From: Camelus dromedarius | Taxonomy: Eukaryota | Direction: 5' to 3' | Assembly (NCBI RefSeq): GCF_036321535.1 | Contig: NC_087437.1 | Span: 80,602,001 to 80,666,000, forward strand | DNA length: 64,000 bases | Shown: piece after piece, positions 48,001-57,849 of the stretch | How the letters are laid out: each line of letters opens with the position of its first letter | Numbering within the stretch: position 1 is the stretch's first letter | Notes under the pieces: generated by a model | Database searches by the model: none | Told to the model about the DNA's origin: nothing | The model's input: only the letters and a program-made list of their open reading frames with translations | Position numbers and translations under genes: made by a program

Positions 48001-51000
48001 TTCCACCTGTACAGGAGGCGAAGGGGACCTCTTGACTCTGCCAGGCAAAAAAATGCTAATTTTACAAGCAAATCCTGTTATTCATTCTAGTTAAGCGGGT
48101 TTAACCCAGAGGGTCTCAACCAGGGCAGTTTGTCCCCCCATCCCCAGGGGCAATGTCTGGGGATATTTGTGATTGTTACAACTAGGGGGTGCTCCTGGCA
48201 TCAAAATCTGGAGGCCAGGGATGCTGCTCAACACCTTACAATGCACAGGACGTCCCCCAAACCGAGCCCCAAATGTCCACAGTGCAGGGGTTAGAAGACC
48301 CTGGTTTAACCCCATTGCTAAGCAAGGAGAAATATTCAAGTTTAAAATGACCCTGCTCAATCTTTCCATTTTGTCCCTGCTGCCCTCCTGGAAGAACCAA
48401 GGAATCCCCTGCCAAGATCCATGAAATGTCTACCCTGGGAGGGAGGGGAAAACCCACCTCCTAGGGTCCCCACTACTGCTCAGCTCCTCAACCCTGCAGG
48501 ATCCTGAGAGTCCAACCCCATGTTTCTCTTCTGAATTTGCAAAGCATTGCCTGGTGTCCCAGTCTATTCCTGCGTAAAACAACACTCTGAGAAACCATTT
48601 TGCTTGAAGCTGGTCATTCTCTTTTCTAAATGAAAACTCAGATTAATATGTGCTTTAATTTAACTTTTCTTTTTAAGACATCTTTCCATCTGCGGATGTC
48701 CCACTCAAATGCTAGTCAAGTGTCCCTGTTATGCTGGTTATTTTTTAAAATGCTCTTTAATTGACATGTTGTTAAAAGCAATGCCTAGATTTTCTCCATC
48801 TAAAAACTGAATCTCTTCAGCATACTTCTCTTATTTATTCTTGCAGTTTCTCAATGCAAACACATACACAAGTAGTAGGGACATAGAATGGTGCAACTGC
48901 TTTGCAAAACATTTTGGTGGTTTTTTAAAACAGAATTACCCTATAATCTAGGAATGCCACTTCTGAGTATATACAGAAGAAAGTGGAAGGCAGAGCCTTC
49001 ACACCCACATTCATAGCAGCATTATCCACAATAGACAAAGGGTGGATACGACTCAAGTATTCATCACCAGATGAATGTACAGACAAATGTGGTCCATCCA
49101 TGCAACAGAATATTATTCAGCCATGAAATGGAAGGATATTCTGACATGTGCTACAACATGGATGAACCTTGAAGACATGATGCTCAGAGAATCCAGACAC
49201 ACAAGGATCAAAAAGAAACAAAAAGTTGTTAAATCTAGTTTCAGAGCTATCTTACTAGTGTAAAAATATTCATTGTTTCCCTCAGTGTAGAAAAATGTAT
49301 GTCAAGTATGAAATAAAAATCATTTAGATCCAGGCACCTAAAGAGATGGTCTTGCTTTTAAAAAGCTAAGCAGTAGGCAGATAGAACTGTCATCATGCAA
49401 GGTGGCTAATAATTGTATTAGAATTTTAGTCCACACATACTTATTTTCAGATGTTTAAAGCAGTCGTGTGGAAATGGCTAATGAAGGGTAGGTAACCTGC
49501 TCTAGAACTTGTCTGCAGCTCTACACGGTTATAATCCAGGTGATCCTGCAAGCACATCACCCTCTTCGGGTAGTAGTAGCCTTGCTAGTACTGTGCTAGT
49601 GAGGAAATAGGAATTTTGACATAGTTTGCTATTCTTAGAAGGCGGATGCCAAATGTTATAGCTTCCGTGTCCCCTTGATAAAATAACTTCTGAAATATGA
49701 CATAAAGCATTCTGTTGGAAGAGCCTCTAATTGCTGGATTTGGTTTTTATTTTTCATAGGCGAGTCCAAGTACCTTTGCGCAGTTTGTGGAAAGTCTTTT
49801 CACAGGGGCTCTGGACTCAGCAAGCACCTAAAGAAACACCAGCCAAAGCCTGAGGTTCGAGGCTACCATTGTACTCAGTAAGTATTTAGTATGTGAACCT
49901 TTCAGTTACTTTCCTTTTGTTCGTATTCAGTTTATTTGGAAGTTGAAAAGAAAACACTTGAGGTGACTATAGTTGATAACACTGTATTGTATGATTGAAC
50001 TTTGGTAAGAGAGAAGAATGTGAATATTCATATGTAATTTTCCATATATAGATACACACACATATCTGAGGTGTTGTGTTAACGAGTGGGAAGAATCCTT
50101 TCATGGTGTATACATCTGTTAAATCATCACAGTGCACTTTTAACTTGTCCACCTTTTTGGGGGAGAAGGGGTTGGGTTTGTTTATTTATTTGTTTGTTTA
50201 TTTGTTTGTTTGTTTGTTTTTTAATGACAGTACTGGGGATTAAACCCAGTGCTAGGCATGCACGCTACCACTGAGCTGTGCCCTCCCCCACAATGTACAC
50301 TTTAAATGTCTTATAATTTTATTTGTAAATTAAACCTCAGTAAAACTGAAAAAAAAACAAGAGAATGAAGATAATATTAAACTATCATTTGTCCTTGATT
50401 TTAATCAGTTTTTTTTTTTTGGTCAGAATGTTCCTATTTATGTAACAGTTTTATTTAGCTATAAATCTCATACCATGCTATCACTTCATCTAAAATGGTT
50501 TAAAGAGATTCTTCGAATGTGCTCTCTGGGGGTGGGCCCCGTAGGAAAGAAGGGTCCCTGATGCCCCCAGGAGTTTCTTCCTAGGCAGTTCCTCTGCAGT
50601 ACTGGGCCCTCTGCTAGTTTGGCCTTTATTCAGACTCCTTTCTCCCTCTTTTCATTTTCCATAGCCTCCTGAAATCTCTTTTTTATCATTGAAGTAAAAT
50701 TCGTGTAACAAAATTCATCATTTGAAAGTGTGTAATTCAGTAGCTTTTAGTACATTCACAGTATTGTGTTAGCATCACTGCTAATTCCTGAATGCCTTCA
50801 GTACCCTACCAGGCAGTTTACAATTCTGCCTTGGTCTTTTCCTGTTTGTGCTGTCAGCCATTGGTGAGAACTTAAGAAGAACTTTTCAGGTCTTCTCTGA
50901 GCATGTGCCCAGCCCTGGGCAACTGTGTGGACTTAACAGACTCCTGGGAATATGTGAGAGTTTTTCAAAGCCCTCATTCCCCCAATGCATCTCATTCTCC

Positions 51001-53856
51001 AGCCTTTCCTCCCAAGCTTTTGGTTTGTACATTGTTTGCACCGAACTGCTTGTTCCTTGCCCCAGTGGCAGTGGCTAATATTTTTGCTTTTAAATGTTTT
51101 TAGCAAACTCTTCCTCCCCACTCCTTACCTCTCCCTTAGTCGTCAGCCCTGAGGGAATTACGCTAAATAAAAGCAAGCCCTTTGAAGGGCAAGGAGTCAC
51201 CAGATAGCTGAACATAACCACAGTTCTGTGAGAATGAGTCCCTCTGGTACTAGGAACCCATAGTGGGAATGCAGTCTGTCCGACCACTGAGCTGAGGAGC
51301 AGGGGATGGGGCCAGGGTAAGTTGAAATGCCACATAGCTCTCTTATGGAGATTCAACAGTTTTTTCCTCGATTAAATGTTTACCTGGTTGCTGTAAACTT
51401 TTAATTAGTTTCCAGAGTTCCAATAAAATTGATTCTGACAGTTTTTGCCAGTTTGTCCCACTGCTTTTGTGGAAGGATGGGCTTTTGGAGTTACCTACTC
51501 TGCTGTGTTTGCTGATGTCACTCTGATGAGTCTTATTTTAATATAAAGAGTTTTATTATTCATACCCTTTTTTTGCATTTTTTGAGGGGAGGGGTGGTTA
51601 ATTAGGTTTATTTATTTATTTAATGGGGGTACTGGGGATTGAACCCAGTACCTCCCGCTTCATACATTTTTAGTTGTAAATGTAAGAAAACCCAACTTGA
51701 ATGAAAGGTTAGGTCTGGGAATCTGAATGGTTTAATGTAAATTGGATTCAGATTCATTAGCACTTGATGCCTCTGAGGCTCCAAGGCAGTGATTTCAGCC
51801 TCACATTCCTTACGACCTGCAGATTGTCAAGCTGCTTTTCAAGTGGTTCCTATAAAAGCCCTGAGGTTCACTCCCTTTGGATTTGGTTGAGTCACTTGGT
51901 TCTCCCTGAACGGATCACTGTGGCCAAGAGAATGCTGTGCTCTGGTTGACCTAGCCCTTAGTTGCTCTATCCTTATGGTCAAGAGTGAGGCCTACCCCAA
52001 CATGGACAGAGAATGGGAAAGGGTGAAAAGGGATGTATAGTGGGGACCAGCTGAGGTTGAGGAGGAGATAGAAAATAATGGTCTGTAAAACCTTTGGGAT
52101 CTGTGCGGGGTCCTTTCCTGTAATCTTTGGAGTCCTTTGGAGCTAAAAGAGCTTAAGACCCTGCAGCCTTGTTGCAGTCTTGGAATACTAGGAATTTTTT
52201 TGTTTGTTTTAAATTGGGATCATCTTACAGAGTTCTAGAAACCCAAGAATATACTGAATTCTTGGAAACTTTTAAAAGAAGAATAAGCTAATGCAGTTGG
52301 ATGAGTGAACTTTGTTATTGCAGATGTGAAAAAAGTTTCTTTGAAGCTAGAGATCTTCGCCAGCACATGAACAAACATCTTGGCGTGAAGCCATTCCAGT
52401 GCCAGTTTTGTGATAAGTGCTACAGTTGGAAGAAGGACTGGTATTCCCATGTGAAATCTCATTCTGTTACTGAGCCTTACAGGTGGGTAAATTTGAGGAG
52501 GAGCTGAACTTAATTGAGATACATATGTACTTGGTATAATTCTTATGGATACTGGTGCTTTGAAAAAAATAATTTGGTTTTTCCCTTATTTTAGGTGTAA
52601 TATATGTGGCAAAGAATTTTATGAAAAGGCACTGTTCAGAAGGCATGTAAAGAAAGCTACCCATGGGAAAAAAGGAAGAGCAAAGCAAAACCTGGAACGG
52701 GTGTGTGAGCAATGTGGGAGAAAATTCACCCAGCTGAGAGAGTATAGGAGACACATGAACAACCACGGAGGTAACTGTGCTTACGGTAGTTCTGTGTGTT
52801 TGCCTTTAAGTAGAGTAAAAGCCTGTCCAGTAGTAACTCTCCCTTTACCATTCCTCTTGCCTAGTGTCTCACCTCCCTTGACAAAGAGATTAATCCCATG
52901 TTGTGGACGATTTATTCAAGTGATAGAGGTGATCTTGAACCTGACTACCTAATTGTTGTTTGTGTAGATAGATTCCTTTTTTAGTGAGCTTAATATTCCG
53001 TATCAGCATTTTTATTCTGAAAGAGACTACTTGAAGCTTCTGGTTCCTTATTTAGGATTATAGGATTGCGCTGAAGGTTAAAAGAGACTAGTCACGGAAA
53101 CTTAGAATTGTCTCTCAGTAACTTCCGTCCATGGGAACATCTTTGCAGAGATTATAGTCCAGAATCTGCTTTATTCTGAGGGAAACCATTCAGTCCTAAA
53201 TAAAGGATCACCATAGTCAAGATAGAAAGGTTTATGGGCTACTGTACTTAAAGAAAAGCACTATTTATCAGGCAACTGTGATGCATTTTGGTCCTTGGCA
53301 CCTCACCACACACACCTCTTTTCTTCCTTTTTTAATAGGAGTTAAGCCATTCGAGTGCTTAACATGTGGAGTAGCTTGGGCTGATGCCCGATCTCTGAAA
53401 CGCCATGTCAGGACACACACTGGTGAACGGCCCTACGTCTGTCCTGTGTGTAGTGAAGCCTACATAGACGCTCGGACACTCCGTAAGCATATGACTAAAT
53501 TCCACAGAGATTATGTGCCTTGCAAAATTATGCTGGAAAAAGATACCCTTCAGTTTCATAACCAAGGAACTCAAGTGGAGCATGCTGTTAGCATCTTAAC
53601 AGCAGATATGCAGGAACAAGAAAGCAGTGGTCCTCAAGAACTTGAAACTGTGGTAGTGACAGGAGAAACTATGGAAGCTCTTGAAGCTGTTGCAGCTACT
53701 GAAGAATGTCCCTCAGTCTCTACACTTTCTGACCAAAGTATTATGCAAGTGGTTAATTATGTGTTGGCACAACAGCAAGGACAGAAGCTGTCTGAAGTTG
53801 CAGAAGCTATTCAAACTGTTGAAGTGGAGGTGGCACATATTTCAGAAACAGAATGA
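26962..53856 (+). CDS. ZBTB11: Zinc finger and BTB domain-containing protein 11, 1054 aa: join(26962..27271,32995..33230,33873..34104,41925..42769,42997..43176,45837..46082,47437..47581,49760..49877,52324..52482,52595..52770,53339..53856)
   Basis: Eleven GT-AG exons total 3165 nt in frame. N-terminal integrase-like HHCC (MSSEESY...YWWRGILKQVKDYIKQCSKCQ), BTB (QRLSNQFCDVTLLIEGEEYKAHKSVLSANSEYF...), tandem C2H2 fingers and an acidic C-terminus ending EVAHISETE*. Confidence 0.97.
27613..27652. repeat. 15-bp GC-rich tandem repeat (CGGCGGCTCCGGAGG) x2.7
   Basis: Exact copies at 27613-27627 and 27628-27642, partial copy at 27643-27652. Confidence 0.9.
30020..30220 (-). mobile_element. MIR SINE
   Basis: aacagccttgtgaggtaggtgctattttccccattttacaggtga...ggtcacagagctagttagtgg. 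Confidence 0.75.
30797..30941 (-). mobile_element. 5'-truncated L1 3' end
   Basis: (T)n aattgtaaaatatacataacataaatttaccatttta...tgttgtgctaccatcac; TSD ACCCATTTACTCTT at 30783-30796 and 30942-30955. Confidence 0.8.
31001..31130 (-). mobile_element. tRNA-Ala-derived SINE in ZBTB11 intron 1
   Basis: Reverse complement of GGGGGAGGGTATAGCTCAGTGGTAGAG...; TSD ATTTACTCTT. Confidence 0.85.
32549..32816 (+). mobile_element. Young lineage-specific L1 3' end
   Basis: Ends ctgactatacttcAATAAAaaag; 17-bp TSD GAAAAAG(G/A)TGTATCTTA at 32532-32548 and 32817-32833. Confidence 0.8.
32995..33230 (+). CDS. ZBTB11: ZBTB11 coding exon 2 (236 nt; CxxC half of HHCC, acidic linker)
   Basis: ttttattgtag|GT ATA TTA AAG ... 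CTT GTA TTT|gtaagt. Confidence 0.96.
33873..34104 (+). CDS. ZBTB11: ZBTB11 coding exon 3 (232 nt; BTB N-terminal half)
   Basis: ttttgatag|GTT GAC ACC AAA ... GAT CTT TCT G|gtaaga. Confidence 0.96.
35559..35680 (+). mobile_element. tRNA-Ala-derived SINE in ZBTB11 intron 3
   Basis: A/B boxes and AATAAA-rich tail; AAAAATTCTT on both flanks. Confidence 0.85.
37266..37494 (+). mobile_element. MER58A (hAT-Charlie)
   Basis: ggccaaatctggcccactgcctacttttgtaaataaaattttattgg...acccatgaaacctaaaatatttgct...tttacagaaaaa. Confidence 0.8.
37539..37653 (+). mobile_element. tRNA-Ala-derived SINE in ZBTB11 intron 3
   Basis: GGAGGGTATAGCTCAAGTGGTAGAGTGCATGCTTAGCATGC...; flanks GACTTTTGTGT / GACTTTTATGT. Confidence 0.85.
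38927..39128 (-). mobile_element. tRNA-Ala-derived SINE with expanded (TTTG)n(TTTA)n microsatellite
   Basis: Reverse-complement head at 39052-39128; tetranucleotide arrays at ~38976-39051. Confidence 0.85.
41195..41413 (+). mobile_element. MER58A-like (degraded)
   Basis: tttttgtaaat...aacacagccccacccatttgt...ttacagaaaaattttgcctgcccctg. Confidence 0.65.
41925..42769 (+). CDS. ZBTB11: ZBTB11 coding exon 4 (845 nt; BTB C-terminal half and linker)
   Basis: ttgtttcgtatag|GT TTT TGT AAG ... GTT CAA CAG|gtatga. Confidence 0.96.
42997..43176 (+). CDS. ZBTB11: ZBTB11 coding exon 5 (180 nt; first C2H2)
   Basis: cccttaattag|GTG GCT CAG ... AAG TGT CCA|gtaagt. Confidence 0.96.
43400..45420 (+). mobile_element. 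Ancient L1 5'/ORF1-region remnants, with a short younger L1 3' tail at ~45000-45080
   Basis: A-rich ORF1-like decay (tggaatttcagaaccaagggacaaaaaatcttacaaatgc). The 45000-45080 piece matches the tail of the 32549-32816 element. Confidence 0.5.
44061..44102. repeat. (CAAA)n/(CAAAA)n microsatellite
   Basis: Read directly; similar A-rich arrays at 36457-36490 and 60583-60604. Confidence 0.85.
45837..46082 (+). CDS. ZBTB11: ZBTB11 coding exon 6 (246 nt)
   Basis: ttttcttttag|TTG TGT AAA ... GCA TGC CAG|gtaaag. Confidence 0.96.
47437..47581 (+). CDS. ZBTB11: ZBTB11 coding exon 7 (145 nt)
   Basis: gctgtcttag|VCGKTFIYKHGLKLHQSLHQSQKQFQCELCVKSFVTKRSLQEHMSIHT G|gtaatg. Confidence 0.96.
48107..48303 (+). 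mobile_element. MER20 (hAT-Charlie) with perfect 8-bp TSD
   Basis: CAGAGGGTCTCAAC ... GTTAGAAGACCCTG termini; GTTTAACC at 48099-48106 and 48304-48311. Confidence 0.9.
48880..49210 (+). mobile_element. L1M 3' region fragment
   Basis: ttcatagcagcattatccacaatag...cagaatattattcagccatgaaatggaagg...acatggatgaaccttgaagacat. Confidence 0.8.
49760..49877 (+). CDS. ZBTB11: ZBTB11 coding exon 8 (118 nt)
   Basis: tttttcatag|GC ESKYLCAVCGKSFHRGSGLSKHLKKHQPKPEVRGYHCT CA|gtaagt. Confidence 0.96.
50154..50289 (-). mobile_element. tRNA-Ala-derived SINE nested in an L1 3' end (L1 ~49960-50360, +)
   Basis: Internally deleted SINE head. The flanks CACAGTGCACTTT / CACAATGTACACTTT interrupt an L1 3'UTR ending in ...aaacctcagtaaaactg(A)n. 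Confidence 0.75.
51567..51657 (-). mobile_element. 5'-truncated tRNA-Ala-derived SINE
   Basis: Only the B box and tail are present; TTCATAC on both flanks. Confidence 0.75.
52324..52482 (+). CDS. ZBTB11: ZBTB11 coding exon 9 (159 nt)
   Basis: ttattgcag|A CEKSFFEARDLRQHMNKH...SVTEPY AG|gtgggt. Confidence 0.96.
52595..52770 (+). CDS. ZBTB11: ZBTB11 coding exon 10 (176 nt)
   Basis: ccttattttag|G CNICGKEFYEKALFRRH...RRHMNNHG G|gtaact. Confidence 0.96.
53339..53856 (+). CDS. ZBTB11: ZBTB11 coding exon 11 (518 nt including TGA)
   Basis: cttttttaatag|GA VKPFECLTCGVAWADARSLKRH...EVAHISETE TGA. Confidence 0.96.
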
Positions 53857-55490
53857 ATGTAGTAATGGAGATAAAAGGAAATGACATCTCACATATACTG
53901 AACTTGCAGGATATTTGTTTACAGCACTATGTGACTATCCGCCTGGAGTCTGTATGTCGGGGCTCTGGGCTATTTGGTGGTGTTTTAACATTTCTAAACA
54001 GTTTGGCTAATAGGGTCTGTAGAAAAGTCCACTTACTGTAAAGAAATTGAAAACAAATCTATTTGATGGCAGTGGTTTATCATGGTATAGTTTTTATGAA
54101 TTAATGTTTATAAAGAACTGTACTAAATTTAAAACTGTACAGTTCTATTTGCATTTTGACGTTATTATATCCTTTGAGTTTGAAAGGCTGCACCAATTGG
54201 CTTTTCTTTTTCTCAAAATATAGCGGTTCTGTGATTTCATTTGCCCTGTTTATGGATTAAAAATTCTAATATAAAATATTTTAGTAGGATGCATTAGGTA
54301 TACTACATTTTTTAAATGCTTCAAGTCTATGATTCTTGACTTACTATTTATTTTAACCCCTTATAAAGTCAGGGATATTCTTTATTCTGTTTTAAAGCAC
54401 TTAATGAGTTATGTGTTGTAATCAAGTTTGCACAGTAAACTTAATCTATGTGGGGAACCCTTAAATGAATAGCTAATTTTTTTAATGCCATTAAAATGCA
54501 TGAAATGCCTATTAAAGCCTTACTGTCCTTCCTGGCAAGTAAATTGACCATAAGCAAAGAACACTGTTATTAAACTGTTGATGAGAAATTTTTCCTTGAT
54601 AACATGAGACAATAAATGGGGGGAAAAAAGTTAAAGCTAGGTTTAGTATGTTTGCAGCTTTTGTATCATGTTTAATTGTTCAATTTTGTTGAAAAACTGC
54701 AGTCTAGAAATAGGATAGTAATATAGACATTTACAGCGGTCCTGTGGATACCATCTAATTATCAAGCAATTTCAGAATAATAAAAATTCTTCACTTTAGC
54801 CCTCATTATAATATACTACTTAAGGAAATTGATTATGGCCCACCAAATTGTTGAAAGTAAGTTTTTTAAAAGTTGCCTGAGAATTAAATTGAATTAATTT
54901 GTGTGTTTGATTTTTAAATTCCCACCTCTTTATGCTTTCTAATTTTCTGATTTTCAAAATAACCATGGGGAGATGCCATGTTTCCCTCCTCTGGGAGACC
55001 ACCACTCAAGCTATAATTGTTAAAATTAAACTTTAAGTATTAGAAGCTAATATAAGGTGTAAAATTAAGATATAAGCAAATCACATGTAAGTCATTCCTA
55101 AAGCACAAGAAAAGAATGTGCCTTGATGTACATATATTAAGATGCTTATTCCAGTTTACTTTAAAAATGGCTTAAAAGATAAAGAATAAATGTGATGCCA
55201 TGCATGCACTATACCTGCATATGTAATATTTGCATTTGCAAATTTCTCATTGTTTCAATAGCTGTGTGGCTGACTTTCAATTTTAAGTGAATTGACATAC
55301 AGTCTATAGCTTTATAATGGCTGCTTGTTTATCATATCTTTCAGTTAGTGAAAATGTATTTCAACCTAAAGTTTGGAATTGTGTCTTTGTGTTCCATCTC
55401 GTCACCATTGTTATTAGATTTAGTTAATTGTGTAAGACCATTAATGTATGTCATAAATGTGTAAATAAAAGATGTTGAATCTTGTTTAAA
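53857..55490 (+). other. ZBTB11: ZBTB11 3'UTR (~1.6 kb), probable distal poly(A) signal AATAAA at 55464-55469
   Basis: AT-rich and repeat-free after the stop. AATAAA at 54611, 54779, 55185 and 55464; the last is preceded by UGUA motifs, and repeats resume just after it. Confidence 0.7.
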
Positions 55491-55554
55491 GCAGAAGCTT
55501 TGGAGTTGAGCTTGTCACTGTTTTCATAAATCAGTTGCTATTATTTGCTTCCCA

Positions 55555-55704
55555 TTTTCTTTCTTTTTATTTTTTTATTTTTTGGGGGAGGAAAGTAATT
55601 AGGTTTATTTATTTATTTTTTAGAGGTGATACTGGGGAATAGAACCCAGGAACCTCTGTATGCTACTACACATGCGCTCTACCACTTGAGCTATATCCCA
55701 CCCC
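55555..55704 (-). mobile_element. tRNA-Ala-derived SINE just downstream of the ZBTB11 poly(A) signal
   Basis: 16-bp TSD CAGTTGCT(A/G)TTATTTG at 55532-55547 and 55705-55720. Confidence 0.85.
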
Positions 55705-57649
55705 CAGTTGCTGTTATTTGATATGTTATTAAGTTGATTGACATTTAAAGGGAAGAGAAATTGAACATGTTAAAAAAATAACCATTGGGGAACACATACT
55801 ATTAAAACTACACTCAAACATAACCTTACCTCAAAATTAAAAGTAGTGCGATTAACTGCCAACTTCGGAGAACTTAAGTGTGTGGAATTATACAAATTAC
55901 ATATAGAAACAAGTGTTAAGATTCCAAAAATTAAGAGTTTCGTATTTCCATCAGGGAAACTTTTCTATTTAATTTATAACAATTCCTTTTTAGAAATACG
56001 CATTGTTTTGTTGTCATCAGATGACTTTCCTCAAACTGTGTGTAGCCCTGATTAAATCTGCTTGTTACTGCTGTTTGTTTCATTAAAAGCTAGTGTCTAG
56101 TTAACATAATTTCACAAGGTTACCTAAACTGCTGGACTTAGAGTTAATCCAGACCTTCAGTGTCTTGTCTTTTTTTTTTTTTTTAAGTAGCATTGATTTG
56201 GAACTAATGTTTGGAACATAGTAAGTCTTTGTCTCCCCTGGTCCTATAAATCTATCAGTTATAGTTTGTAGTGGCTTGTGGAGCAAAGATGCATAGATAA
56301 CTTGTTTGTTTAATTATTGTAAATGTACCTATCTTACAGTCTTTTAGCTCAGATTTGAGGTTGAATACTGCTGTTTATTGGATTTCTCCAGTTATATAAA
56401 TGTTAGAGCATAGGCTTGTCTCCAGTAGGGCCTTATCTGGAATCCTGCTCCACCCACCTGGGTGGAAACTGGTCCTTCCAGATCAGTTTATGATTGCTTC
56501 TGCTAGATTGCCCCAAGATTATCGATAGCTAGGTATTATTTTTATATTAATTTTTCAGACTGTGGTTTCCTAGACCAACCACTGTAAATTTGGACATGTA
56601 GACTAGTGTGAGAGCAAGCTCACTATAATAAATCTTTCAAGAGAGGCTGTTTGCGCACCTTGTACCCAGCCTGGGGCAAATATCTTTGTGCTGGTAAATG
56701 GGAGTTTTTTCTGGTTGGTTCTTTGTGTATGATTCTTAGTTCCAATCTCTGTGGACCTCAATCCTGCCTGTCAAAATCCAGTCCTTTGAAACTGACAGTC
56801 CCATCAATCACAAAGCTACTACAGTTTCAACTCAGTTTCTCCAATTTGGGGACCCTAGAACATTCCCTTATAAACTTAGTACTGTGACTTGCAAAGGAAT
56901 TTATTTTAGCAGAGATGTTAAGGTAAATTTTAGTCTTTTCCAAATTCTGGGAGCCAAATAGTATTGTTCCTTTAAATATGTTTTGTCTCTGGTTACTTTT
57001 CTTCGAAGTAAGTTTTGTTGCTACCCTCAATACCTCTTTCACCCTCCCCATCTCCTTTCCTGATAACCTGGGAGTTCCTCAACTTAAACTTTTTTTTTTT
57101 AAATTGAATTTATTTTAAAATTCGTATTTCTCATACTAGCGTTTCTACTTGGTTCTTCATAGGTACTTATATTCCTGCTTCCCTTGTCTGTCTTTCCTTG
57201 TTGATTGGTTTGTGTTCATTTTAAATTCTTACTGTGTCTGTTCTATATGCTCTGCTAAAAAAATTACTTTTCTGTGAATGTATCACAATTTTATTTTTCT
57301 ACCATTGATGGATGTTTGGGTTATTTTCAGTTTGGGGTTATCATGAAGAACGTGGCAGGGACCATTTTTATCCTCCTGGTCTATGTAAGCTTGCATTTCT
57401 GTTCGGTACATAACTAAAAGTGGAATTTGAGTCATTTGGATTGGTGAACGTTCAACTTCAGCAGATAATACTGAAATATTTTCCGAAGAGAATGTGCCAT
57501 TTCACACTCACCAGTGCTGGTTGCTCCGCATGCTTGCCAAGTACTGTTCGTCTTACTACTTACTCATTGTTCTGTATGGGAATTCTAGTACAGTGTTAAA
57601 TAGCTGTTGTGGTTGGCATCCTTGTCTTTTTTTCAGTCTCAGAGTGAAA

Positions 57650-57825
57650 ATCTGAAATTCACATGGTGGGTTAGATGGCTTCAGGATGAGGGCTTATGGC
57701 CAGAGAAACCAACCATGTGATTTCAGAGTTGGAACTTCCAGCCCCAACCCCCAACCTCCAGGGGAGGGGAGAGAGGATGGAGATTTTAGTTCAATCACTG
57801 TAGCCATTAATTCATTAATTTAACC
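57650..57825. mobile_element. MER21-like LTR fragment
   Basis: tagatggcttcaggatgagggct...ccagagaaaccaaccatgtgatttcagagttggaacttccagcccc...ctccaggggaggggagag. Confidence 0.65.
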
Positions 57826-57849
57826 AGACAGAGTTTAATGGTACAGTGT

